Source: Reclinomonas americana ATCC 50394
Taxonomy: Eukaryota
Reading direction: 5' to 3'
DNA: 64,000 bases
Assembly (NCBI GenBank): GCA_048213135.1
Contig: PS015081.1
Span: forward strand, 106,785-170,784
Notes under the pieces: generated by a model
The model's input: only the letters and a program-made list of their open reading frames with translations
Databases searched by the model: none
Told to the model about the DNA's origin: nothing
Program-made: the position numbers and the translations under genes
Shown: piece by piece, positions 11,921 to 25,711 of the stretch
How the letters are laid out: each line of letters opens with the position of its first letter
How positions within the stretch are numbered: position 1 is the stretch's first letter

Positions 11921-13354
11921 ATGGCGTTTGACACGGCGCACGAGGATATGATCGTTGCGCGCGGAAAGAGAATGCGAGACAGCTTGCAGAGTGACTGATT
12001 GCGTGTGTGTCTGTGTGAGAGTAGCACGATGCACAACTGGACTACTATGGTCGTCGTCTGGCCACCTGCTCATCAGATCGCACCATCAAGCTGTTTGATG
12101 TGACGGGTGATCGTCAGGTGTACAAGACTGATCTGCGTGGGTGAGTGGGATGCGTGCTAATCGATCGACCTCATTCGAGTTGCGGTTCTCATCTCCCGTT
12201 GTCGGCAGTCATGAGGGACCTGTGTGGCGAGTGGCGTGGGCACACCCGTCGTTTGGCAGCATTCTCGCCTCATGCTCGTACGATCGCATGGTGTTCTTGT
12301 GGAAGGAGACGGCTGAGAATGTGTGGAACAAGATCCACAATCACACGCAGCACACTTCGTCAGGCGAGCATGCATGCTGGCGGTGTGGACAGGAACGCCA
12401 GTCGCTGACCTTGTGTGTTGGTGTGCTGCAGTGAACTCGATTGCCTGGGCGCCGCACGAACTCGGCCTGTCACTCGCAACCGCCTCCTCTGATGGCTCCT
12501 TTGCAGTGCTCACACACCAGCGTTGCGTACGACGGACTTCTCCTTTCCCCCTCGCCCTCCGCCCTCGTCTCTCACTGCGAAGGCATCCCCACAGCGGAGG
12601 ACACCTGGGCTGTGGACAGCGTGCTCGACGCACACAAGATCGGCTGCAATGCAGTATCCTGGGCCCCGGCCGTACCACCGGCCTCCACGCAAGACTCGGC
12701 ACAGCGTTGCGTACTTGTCCGCGTCTCACCACTCTCTTATTTGTCTCGCGTTTGCCAACTCGGCGACTGTGTAGATGTGCGGTTGAGCCGGCGGCTGGTG
12801 ACGGGCGGCTGCGACCACCTGGTAAAGATTTGGAAGTTTCGTTCTCTCTCACACTGCATGAGGATAGCGTTCGTCGTGCTGAAAAAAGTGCAGGAACGAC
12901 GGTGACAAGTGGGTGCTGGAGCAGGACTTGCAAGAGGTGCACAGCGATTGGGTGCGCGATGTGGCATGGGCACCGAACATTGGCTTGCCACGCGACACGA
13001 TTGCGTCGTGCTCGCAAGACGGCAGTGTGGTGGTGTGGACCTCGTCGCTGGACGGCGAGGGTGGTGAACTCAAGTGGGAGCACAAGAAGATCATCAAGAG
13101 CGGACCGACCGTGTGGCGCGTCTCGTGGAGCATTGCAGGTTTGCCGGAGCACGGAGTAATACGTCTCTCTCAAGTTCGTCGTAACAACTCACCGTGCATG
13201 CATGTGCATGTACACAGGCAATGTATTGGCGGTCTCGTCGGGCGACAATGTCGTCTCGCTGTGGAAGGAGACGCCGAGTGGCGAGTGGGAGTGCGTCTCG
13301 ACGCTGGACGAGCCAGCCGGCGGTGCGGGTGGCAGTGCCTCGGGCAGCATGTGA
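11921..13354 (+). CDS. SEC13: COPII/nucleoporin WD40 protein Sec13
   Basis: [92 protein letters not shown]. Confidence 0.97.
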
Positions 13355-13736
13355 TATGTGTTTCTGCCCAGTTGTTCGCCAAACAAACAAAATATTGTCT
13401 CTTCTCTGTCAACTCTTCTCCCGCCCCTGGGTGTGTGCGTGTGTGTCTGCATGTCTGTGTGTGAACGTATAAAGGAAAAACCCTTCAACCACTGCAAAGT
13501 GGCTGCGAATGCCACGGACGTCGATCAATCGGACTTGAGACAAGCGGCATTTCAGACATTTGTTGGATTGTCGGAGAGAAGTGCACGAGTCCCACGCACG
13601 CGACACACACAGAGAGCGTACAGACAACGACAGCGTGTGCGTGAGAGAGTGACAGAGGCAGAGCGACACACACAGTGTGAGAGGCTGTTTGGTGGCACGT
13701 GCGACACAACCACCAAAAAACGACAAAACACGCGAA

Positions 13737-15864
13737 ATGACCACGTCTGGAGTCGCGCTTCCTCGTCACGTGGTCTCCAAGGTGCTTAGACGTTCTTATA
13801 GGAAGCATTCTGTCTGTGTGTGTGGGCATTGTGTGTCTCTGTGTGTGTCTTCTTTTTCGTACATGTGAGGGCAGCATTGCATGAATTACCGTTATGACGG
13901 ACAAGCGTGCCTCAGACACACCACACTCTCTCTTTCACTCTCTTTCTCTCTCTCCCTCCCTCACTTGCAACGCTGTGCTGCACGCACCATATCTCTGTGC
14001 GTGCACCTTGCTCTCTTTGTGCGTGCGTGTGCGTGCGTGTGTGCAGAGAGTGATGTCGATCACACACTCTTCTTCTTCGTCTCACCTTTGCCTCTCATTT
14101 TTTCTTTCCGCAGGAGGAGGTTGTGGCCACGTTGCGCTCGGTGTTCCCGCTGCTGGTCGACACCACCACCGATCAGGGCTCTCGTTCGTCGTCGTCCAGT
14201 GGCGGTGCCAGTGCTGATGAGATTGAGCGGCAGCTGTTGCGCGCCGACGGTGATGTGCGTGTCGCGGTGGCGTGTCTGCTGCGAGCCGACAATGAGGCCG
14301 GTGCCACGTCAGCCACGGCGCCATCTTCTTCTGCGTCGTCGGCGCTGAGTGGCGGCGACAAGATCCCGTCCCGAGCGCCTGACGTGGCGCAGGCCGTGGC
14401 CATGGCGCTGGCCGAGTACCTGCCAGAGGGCNNNNNNNNNNNNNNNNNNNNNNNNNNNNNNNNNNNNNNNNNNNNNNNNNNNNNNNNNNNNNNNNNNNNN
14501 NNNNNNNNNNNNNNNNNCGCACACACTCTCTGCATTTCATGCCGCCACTGCCCGTCTCACTCGCCTCTGTTTTTTTGCTACACGTAGAAATCGCGCCGTT
14601 GGTGGACTCTGCACTGCAGGGCTTCAATCCTTTGGTGCTGCTGTACGGTGGCACGGGCAGCGGTCGGTTGCGGGCGCTGGAGGGCGATTTGTCAGAAGAG
14701 TCGACTGCCGGCTCAGTGCGTGAACTCGACGGCGACTACGGCTTCGCTGCGCGAGCGACCCAGCGTCTGCTGCGCCTGTCGCGTGGCGACTGGGCCGCGC
14801 AGGGTTGGGACTTCACCACCAGTGTCACCTATGTGGAGTTGCACAACGAGGTCATTTCCGACCTGTTTGCCGACCGCTCGCAGGTTTGCAGTCGTGATTG
14901 AGCACGTCTCGTTGTTCATTTCCATCCAGCGTACTCATTTTTTCCCATCTACACAGCCGAAGCGATCGCATGTGCTGACACGCGACGATCACGGCGCAAC
15001 GGTGATCTCCAACGTGACCAAGGTGACGATTGAGAATCACGGGGACATTTTTGAGTTGCTGCGCACGGCGGTGGAGAACCGCAAGGCTGGCGGACACGAC
15101 AAGGCCATGTCGCACTTGGTGTTCCAGGTGCACATGGTAGGCGTGCTGCCGGCGGACCGGTCACCGGTGGGCGACACGGAGGTGATGCGTGGCACCCTGT
15201 CGCTGGTGCGCTTGGTGGGCTCAGAGCACACTCGTGCTATGGGAACAACCAAGCCCGATCGCGGCCTTGTGGCGTTGCACGGTGTCATCAAGGCGCTGGC
15301 AAACCAGAGCCACGATGTGCCATTCCGGTCCAGCGTGCTCACCCACTTGCTGCAATCGTCCATGATGGAGTACAGCAAGGTTTGCATGCATGCATGCACG
15401 CACTACCACCTTGTTTCCTCATCCGGTATCTCACGCATCTCCTACTCCACTACCTTGTGTAGGTCTTGTTCTGTGGGTGCGTGTCACCAGAGCGGCGGAT
15501 GACGGCGCAGACGTTGCACACGCTGCGCTTGGCCAGTACCATCCACACGGCCAGTTTTGATCAGAGCTCGTCAGGACGACGAAGCAACGCGGCACCAGCA
15601 CGCAGCGCAACACCAGGCCGCCGGACGCACAGTGCCGGTGGCGTTATCACCAGCACTGTAAGTGGAATCAGCCAGTCCAACTCGAGGGGTCGCTCTGTGA
15701 CTCCACAACCGCACTCGGGCAGTGGTGCGCCAATGTCGCTGCCCAACTCAATCCTTGCCGCCGCCACTGCGGGCACACCGCCTCCTGGCCCCAAGCGTGC
15801 ACCCTCACCAGCAGCTCCACGACGACGTGCCGCAACACCAACAGGCCGACCACCGCGGCGATAA
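13737..15864 (+). CDS. Divergent kinesin-motor-domain protein with an N-terminal CUE/UBA-like domain
   Basis: LRSVFP..IERQLLRADGDVRVAVACLL (CUE-like). Motor fold motifs PLVDSALQGFN, YVELHNEVISDL, SHLVFQV, LVALHGVIKAL, VPFRSSVLTHLLQSSM, CVSP..QTLHTLRLAS. The start exon is tentative; N gap at 14432-14517. Confidence 0.85.
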
Positions 15865-16193
15865 CTCTCTGGTGTTTCACTGTGTGTGTGTGCAATTTCT
15901 GCCTGCANNNNNNNNNNNNNNNNNNNNTCCATCCGTACTTTTTCCCCTCACCGTATCAGGATGGTTTGGCGACAGCAAGAGTGTGCGGTTTTTGTGCCTG
16001 GTTTGTATGTGTGCAAGAGTGTGTGTGCGTGTTTGTATACAACAATGCAATACAAAAAAGAAGACTGATTATACATGCTTGCATGCGCGTGGTGGGAAGC
16101 CCGAGAGTTATATTACCACATCAACAAACAACAACTTCAACATCATCAACATCAAACAAAATTACACCCATGCAGGAGGGAAGAGAGCACCAA

Positions 16194-19100
16194 TTAGTGG
16201 CCGTACTTGCGTGGGTACGCTAGGTTCCCATTGTGCAAACCGGCACCAGCGCCGCCGCTCATGCCAGCTGCGGCGGCCGCAGCGTGATGCAGGTCACCGT
16301 TGCTGCCGCGCTTGCCCAAGACACTGCAACGAGAGGAGCGTGAGCATTGGAAGAATTGAATCATCAACAACAGAATCTCGTACCGCTGATCATCCTCGTC
16401 GGTGGAGGCCTCGTACAGCGTCGGCCCATTGTCGCGTCGACTCAGTCGCGACGGTACTCGCTCGAGGAGGCCGAGGTAGTCGTCGCCCGAGTCGGACGTG
16501 GTGTACGCCATGCCAGACGACACTGCGCAGAGAGAGGCGGCGTTGAGCAACAGAGGGCGCACATGTTGAAGGTGCGAATGACAAACCACTCGAGTATCCA
16601 CTGGCCACTGGCGGCAGAGCGTTGCCCTGTGTGAACTGCTTCTTGCGGTGGCCTTCGCGACTTGGCGGCAACGCCGCAGCGATTCCACGATGACCACCCT
16701 CACGACTGGCAATCGACTCGCGCATTTGCTGAACGACATGACAATGAGCTGCCACCGAACACGCACGCAGGACAAAGGAGACAGTGGCGACACAAACCCC
16801 GACTTTGGTGGGCATCGCATTCCGTTTCCTTTGTGAGACGCCGCGCGGACTCACGACATCGGTGTTTGTCGTGTCTGCAGCCAAACGAGCAATGAGGAAA
16901 CGGTATCGTCAGTCTCTCTCTGTCGCGCCCACACGCACCTTGTGGTCTTCTGCCGTCAATCATTTCAGCGCGTGCCGATGATCGCGCCTGCTGTGCCGAC
17001 GACATGACATTCCTGCACGCACAGCGAAACGGGCAAGTGAGTCATCTCAATGAAAAAGTGGGCAGCTGACGGCGACGCAACATGTCGAGCGGCGAGCGAA
17101 TCGTGCGACTCCTTGTCGACAGGGAGCCGTCCTCCCATTCTGCTTGCGACATTGGTGGTGGGCCGGCACGATCTCCACCCCGCGCGCGACCCTGTTGCTG
17201 CTGTTGCTGTTGCTGCTGCTGCTGCTGTTGTTGCTGCTGTTGCTGCTGCTGCTGCAATTGTTGTTGCTGTTGCTGCAACTGCTGCTGCTGCTGCTGCAAC
17301 TGTTGCTGTTGCTGCTGTTGCATGGCGGCGTGCATCAGCGGGGCGCCGGCAGCACTGCTGGCGTACTGCAACGGTTTTCCAGGCGCCGCACCCATCATGC
17401 CCGCCTGGGCAGGTACACCACTCGTGCCTGCATTCGGCATCTTGCCGCCTGCGACTTCTGGTCCTTTCTTTCGCGGTGCATCAGATCGACTGCCGACGCT
17501 GCCGCCACCCATGGAAAGCACCGACTCGCGTCCGCGAGGGTATCCATACTCGTCCTACGCGCGCACGGAAATGAGAAGTCGTGCACCGAAATGGAACCAC
17601 AACTGGAGAAACTGACTCACCACAGAAGGCTTGACAGGCAGCGATGGCGACGCCGGTGGTGAGGACGGCAGTGATGACGAGTAGTGCATCAGCGCCGACG
17701 ACTCAGAACCGGTGCCGTAGTCGCCACCGTTCGGATGATGACCCTGACCCGGCGCGACGCCCTGCGGGTAGTAGCCGTGTGGCGAGTATGTTGGTGACGG
17801 TGGCTGTCCGTGATGTCCGTGCGTTTCGTGATGACCCTGCCCTCCTGCTCCGTTTCCAGGATAGTAGCCAGCGCCTACTGCACCGTTGGGGTAGTATGAG
17901 CCGCCAGCCGCCTGCGAGGCATGATACAGCGGGTGTTGCTGCTGCTGCTGCTGTGCTTGCTGCTGGTGCATCTGCTGCTGCAGGACGTGTGCCATGTGGG
18001 CCGCGTGATGATGCGATGACGACGAGGAGGACGGCACGGGGCTCGGAGCCGCCGACGGTCCACCCAGTGAGATGCCACCCTGCGCGCACACCAGTCAGCA
18101 CCAGAGAGATAACACAGAAGTACACCGGCGTGTACACAAACCTGCGACGACGGTCTGCCATATTGTGATTGCAGCTGGTGCTGCGCTGCCAGCTGTTGCT
18201 GCTGCTGCAACTGCAACTGCTGCTGCTGCAACAATACTTCATACTGTCGCTGCTGCAGCAACTTGTTCTGCGACGGCGGCACCTGCTGCGGTTGCTGCTG
18301 CTGCTGCTGCGCCTGTTGTTGCTGTTGCTGCTGCTGCTGTTGCGACTGAGCAGCTTGCTGATGGTGGCCACCGACAGGGGACTGCTGCTGAGAGGACTGC
18401 GACGAGGACGATGACTGCTGCTGCTGCGCCTGCGGAGTCTGCACCGACTGCGGCGTCTGCACCACCGACGTGGGCGAATCCACTGCCACATCCAACCACA
18501 CACACACAGAAACGCATTAGTCCGGAGCAGTGACAAGAGAAAAACAAGAGGAGAGGCGAACCGGGTGCGCGCGACTGTTGCGTCGACGGTCTCTCGTCCA
18601 GCTGTTGCTTCACCGGCTTGTTGATCTGCACGGGACGAGTGCCGTTGGGCGGAACGAGTCCCTCAAAGTACGGATGCTGCAAGGCCTCCTCGGCGTTGAA
18701 TCGCTTCGACGGATCCATTTGCAACAGGCCCTTGAGGAAGCTGAGCGCCTTCTTGGTCATCTTCCCGCAGTACTTCTTCTCCAGCGTCTCTGGACGGCTC
18801 ATGTCGGGGAACTTGTAGCCCACGAACCGAGGATTGCGGTAGAAGAGCTCCATTTGTTCGGCCGTCAGCGGTCCCAGCACTCGCTGGATCACGTACCTGG
18901 CACACACAAACAGGTAAGCAAAGCAACACTGGAATACAGAGATGAGGTAAGTGTGTGACGCACAGTTGATCGAGTTCGCTCTCGCCCGGGAACATGGCCT
19001 GTCCGTCGGTCAGCTCGCCCATGATACACCCAATGGCCCAAATGTCTACCGGCTTGCCATAATTAACATCTCCGAGCAGCAGCTCTGGCGCACGGTACCA

Positions 19101-19863
19101 CCGAGTGGCCACATAGTCCGTGTAATGCGCACCGCGTTGTGTGACAGTGCGAGCGAAACCTGGAGCGAGAAAAACAAACAGTCAACCGTCAAGTGCGGAG
19201 AGACAACTCACACCCGGCAACGCCGCCGCCGACTCACCGAAATCGCACAGCTTCATGGTGTGGTCGGGATTGACGAGTAGGTTTTCGGGCTTGATGTCAC
19301 GATGAATCACGTCGTTGGAGTGGCACCACAAAATCGCCTGCAGCAGCTGGAAAATGTGCCATCGCACCAAGTTGTGGTCGAGTCCCGACGGCCGCTCCTC
19401 CAGCACCTCCAGCATATTCTTCTCCACGTACTCAAACACCAGATACAGACGGCCCTTGCGACGGAACGCCTGCGCGTGCACCACAGCACCACATCAGGAC
19501 ACTTGCTCTCCCTCATGCTCTCTCCCTCACGCTCTCTCCCTCACGCTCTCTCTACACACACACGCACCTCCTTGAGGTTGACAATGTTCTCCTGCTTCAA
19601 CATGCGCAGGATCTTGACCTCGCGCAGAGTGGTCTTTCGAACCATCTCGTCTTCCTCGCTCTCCTTGAACTTTTTGATGGCCACAATCTCACCCGTTTCC
19701 TTGTTGCGGCACATCAACACCACGCCATAGGCGCCTATGAACACGCACAGAGAGAGAGAGAGAAAAGAGAGAGAAAAGAGTGAGGGGTGTTGTATGTGTG
19801 CGAGAGAGCGGCCATGGCACGCGCACCTTCGCCAACCACTCGCAGCACATCGTACTTATTCAT
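16194..19863 (-). CDS. CDKL: Cyclin-dependent kinase-like (CDKL5-type) kinase with a long polyQ/low-complexity tail
   Basis: [75 protein letters not shown]. The tail is joined through a GTTGCGT intron at 17081 (..[11 protein letters not shown]..) to the stop at 16194. Confidence 0.92.
17190..17320 (-). repeat. CAG/CAA trinucleotide tract encoding polyglutamine
   Basis: Directly visible (gct/gtt)n on the + strand. Further tracts at ~17935-17980 and ~18190-18345. Confidence 0.95.
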
Positions 19864-20046
19864 GGCGTGTCGATCACTTCTCGCTCCTCACTCGCCCGCT
19901 CCTCTCACGAATGTCGCACACGAGCGGTGTGATCACACACTGTTGTCTTTGTTGAAGGTGGAGCCACGATCGGACACAAAACTGCCGAATTTTCAGCATG
20001 CGTTTTCTTCCTTGTCTACTGAAACTCTCTCTCTCGCGAAAAGTGA

Positions 20047-22429
20047 ATGGATCGCCGCACGAGCAGCTTCGGCGCGGAGCGGCGACCGAGTGTGCTCACT
20101 GTGCCTGTGGGTTTGGCGGCTGGCGTGGATCCTGTCGGTGGCGACGAGCTGCTGGGCTCGGCAGGTTGGGTGTTTCATCAACAGGCGGCGGCGGCGGCTG
20201 CCGGCGATGAGCTCGACATGACGGCATCGGTTGGCAGCAAGGAGACGCCACGTGATGTGTCGCTGCCGTCGACACCGCACGGGTTGGACAGGTTACGGTC
20301 GCAGCGGCTGATTGTCGACGTGGACAACGCCGGTGACGCCACTCCAGACGCGCGGCGTGGTGCCCTCAAGCGCGAGGACTCGCAGGTGTGTGTGTGTGTA
20401 TGGGAGAGAGGGTGTGTGTGTGTGGTCGCCACTCACGACGCGCGTGCAGAGTCGCAGCTACTCACGCTTGTCTGATCTCACCGCCGGCTCGTCCCCGTTC
20501 TCGCCGCCGCCGAAAGCCTCGGAGCTCGGCAGCGTGAAGAACTTGGGGCCACTGATGCGAGCGCCGCGCTCCACACAGCCGTCGCTGGTGGCGCAGAGTG
20601 GAACAGGCGGCTCTGGATCGATCTCACACGCTGGACCGGCGGTCAGCGGTGGGAGTCTGAGTGGCGGTCGCTCGTCGAGTCAGCCACCACTGTCGCGGCC
20701 GCCCTCGAGCGGGCACCTGAGCGCCGGTCCCTCGTCTCCACGACGCCCCGTGACGCCTCCCATCAGCCTGCAGGTGGTGGCCTCGCTCAACATGAGCTCA
20801 CTGTCGCGTCCGACCACCGCCAGCAGCCACGCGGCACTCAACAGCTCCACCGGCACCACCTCTCGCAGTCTGGGTGTGAACGTTTTCGGTCGCAGTGTGG
20901 GTGAGGAGCTGTACCATCAGGCCTATCTGGAGCGCGTGCAGCGCAAAGTGGAGTGGCAGTCGATCCTTCTCAGCGACGAGGAAAAAGGCATGGCGCAGGA
21001 GCAGTACAAGGATCTGGCCGTGCACGGCGTGTTCCACTCGTTCGAGGACCGCGTAGTGCGCACCGCACTCACCAGCATGCAAGCGTTCCTCACGTACTGG
21101 AGCGAGCAGCGAATGGAGGCCATGCGTGCCTCGATCGTCAACGCAGTGGAGAACTGGTGGGTCAAGATCACCGCGCCGAAAGGCCTCTTTGGTGACGACC
21201 TCCTGCCAGCCCGCGGCCCGAAGACGCCAAGTCTCGTGCTCGTGGGAGAAAAGCGCAAGAGTCGGAAAAAGTCGGCGGTGTGTGTCATGCACACTTTCGC
21301 CCGTTCTGTTGATATGAGTGGTCTCTCACGTGCATTCATGCAGCTGTCGACCCTGTACCGCACCAGCATGCCGGTGCCTTCGACACGCGACTGGCGCAGC
21401 GACCTTTCGGAGAGGGGCTTGGGCGGGCATGCCGACGAGCCCATCACGTGCACGGCGCAAGATCGACAGGATCTGGTCAACGATGTCATGGTTCGCCGCC
21501 GCACCACACACACCTCGAGCTCGCTCGATCGTGGCCTCCTCTGTTGCTNNNNNNNNNNNNNNNNNNNNNNNNNNNNNNNNNNNNNNNNNNNNNNNNNNNN
21601 NNNNNNNNNNNNNNNNNNNNNNNNNNNNNNNNNNNNNNNNNNNNNNNNNNNNNNNNNNNNNNNNNNNNNNNNNNNNNNNNNNNNNNNNNNNNNNNNNNNN
21701 NNNNNNNNNNNNNNNNNNNNNNNNNNNNNNNNNNNNNNNNNNNNNNNNNNNNNNNNNNNNNNNNNNNNNNNNNNNNNNNNNNNNNNNNNNNNNNNNNNNN
21801 NNNNNNNNNNNTTTGATGCGTGAGCAGATCCGCCGCCGCAACGATGTGCTGGCCGAGACCGAGACGCTGTACCACAAAGAGCTCGTGGCTCTCCGGCAGC
21901 GAGTTGTGTACACGGCCGCAAAAACTGGGCTCGATATCGGTTTTTCCGCAAGCGCCACTCACTGCGTTGCGTGCAGGTCCGCGATCTAGCGAGGCTGAAG
22001 AACGCCCCGGCCGGCATGCTCACGTTTGACGCGCTGGACGATGCGGCTGTGAGCCAGGTGCGTCTCGCAGAGGGCGCGCCGGTATTCGTTCTATTTCTGA
22101 CTGCTGCTCCACCCACACAGCCGGCCAAAGTGCTGCAGCTGGAGCGGCTGGAGCGCGAGTTTGAGGAGAAGATGCAGGCACGGCTGCAGGAGATGAAGGT
22201 TCGATTCATGCAGCAGAAGCGTGAAGCGGCCGAGGAACGGCAGCTGGCCATCTCCATGCGCGATCGCCAGATTCAAGAACTGGAGCGGCGACTGTTGCAG
22301 CTGCAGCAAGATCAAGAGTTGCGGCGGAGAAGATTGCGTCGCCCTGCACGGTTTTCTCACCCACACACGTGCACCTGCAGTTCCAAGCCCTACTTCCCCG
22401 AGTCCGACTTTCTACGAGTGCGATCATGA
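20047..22429 (+). CDS. Uncharacterised protein with a Ser/Pro-rich N-terminus and C-terminal coiled coil
   Basis: Long open exons (20449-21278 and others) with GT-AG introns. Coiled coil LERLEREFEEKMQARLQEMK..RDRQIQELERRL. Last intron GTTGCG at 22318, then DSKPYFPESDFLRVRS*. N gap at 21549-21811. Confidence 0.65.
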
Positions 22430-22534
22430 AGCAAAGTAAAAGAGTGCAGCAGTCAATCAGGAAGGCGGAAATTTTACGGCACCTTTTCATCGATTTTTCT
22501 CACTCGCTCGTTGCGCCGAGACAACTTCACCACC

Positions 22535-24694
<2,160 letters not shown>

Positions 24695-25236
24695 AGCCCT
24701 CCTCTCTCTCTCTCTCTACCTCTCGCAGCCACTGCTTTCTGCTGTGCTCTCGCGGACTTCTGACTTCTTGTAAACGCGTGTATTTGCTTGTGTGACACCA
24801 ATACCCATTTCGCATCGTACCTTCCATTTCCGGTTGCACCGTGAAAAGCGAGGTGTGGCGTCACTCTTCCATTGCCTCCCGACTCGTGGCCGCTGTCGTG
24901 TCACACGCTCCACTCGCTTTCGTACATGTGCAAACAAAAATGGAACTATTTGACCTTGCCAGAGCGCGCGCGCGCGCGCGAGAAAGAAAAAAACACGACT
25001 GAGCACACAATCCGCACCGGACATGTGCATTTCGCCACGATCTCGGGCATCGCACACGCTTTCGTCCACGCCGCTTACCGTGGCCGCCATGCACCACCAC
25101 ACCAGGCGAGTCACACACTCGCTGCGCGGAGTGAGGCGTGAGAGGAAGCCATTTTCGAGCGGGGGTGACAAATTGGTCGTCCCGCGCGCGCGCTCTCACA
25201 CATATCTCGTCGCCTTTTCGTGAGCCAAGAGAGGAA

Positions 25237-25676
25237 ATGTCTTCGCCGCAGCGCTCAAGGCCGCGGCAAACCACAGCGCGTCGCCTGTTTGACGCACCCG
25301 ATCATGATGAACTGAATCAAGTTTCGTTCCATCATGGCAGTGTGGAGTGCCTGTTGGATATGATGCGCGCGCGCGCGAAATGTGTTTTCTTGTTTCTCTC
25401 TCTCTCTCTTTTACGTCGCCCTCACACGCACTCTCGCGCNNNNNNNNNNNNNNNNNNNNNNNNNNNNNNNNNNNNNNNNNNNNNNNNNNNNNNNNNNNNN
25501 NNNNNNNNNNNNNNNNNNNNNNNNNNNNNNNNNNNNNNNNNNNNNNNNNNNNNNNNNNNNNNNNNNNNNNNNNNNNNNNNNNNNNNNNNNNNNNNNNNNN
25601 NNNNNNNNNNNNNNNNNNNNNNNNNNNNNNNNNNNNNNNNNNNNNNNNNNNNNNNNNNNNNNNNNNNNNNNNNNNT

Positions 25677-25711
<35 letters not shown>

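Noticed and set aside
11954-12023. Reading GTTGCG sites as non-canonical G|TT...AGN| introns
   Set aside because: Shifting both boundaries by one base breaks conserved residues: Sec13 IHDAQ would become IDDAQ, and MOCOS LRTGC would become LRAGC. Cleavage is at the ordinary GT-AG.
16700-17005. Separate small gene starting MSSAQQAR
   Set aside because: It joins in frame to the CDKL tail through the GTTGCGT intron at 17081.
17050-17662. Poly-Cys, poly-Leu and poly-Ala ORFs on the + strand
   Set aside because: They are antisense shadows of the CDKL polyQ tract.
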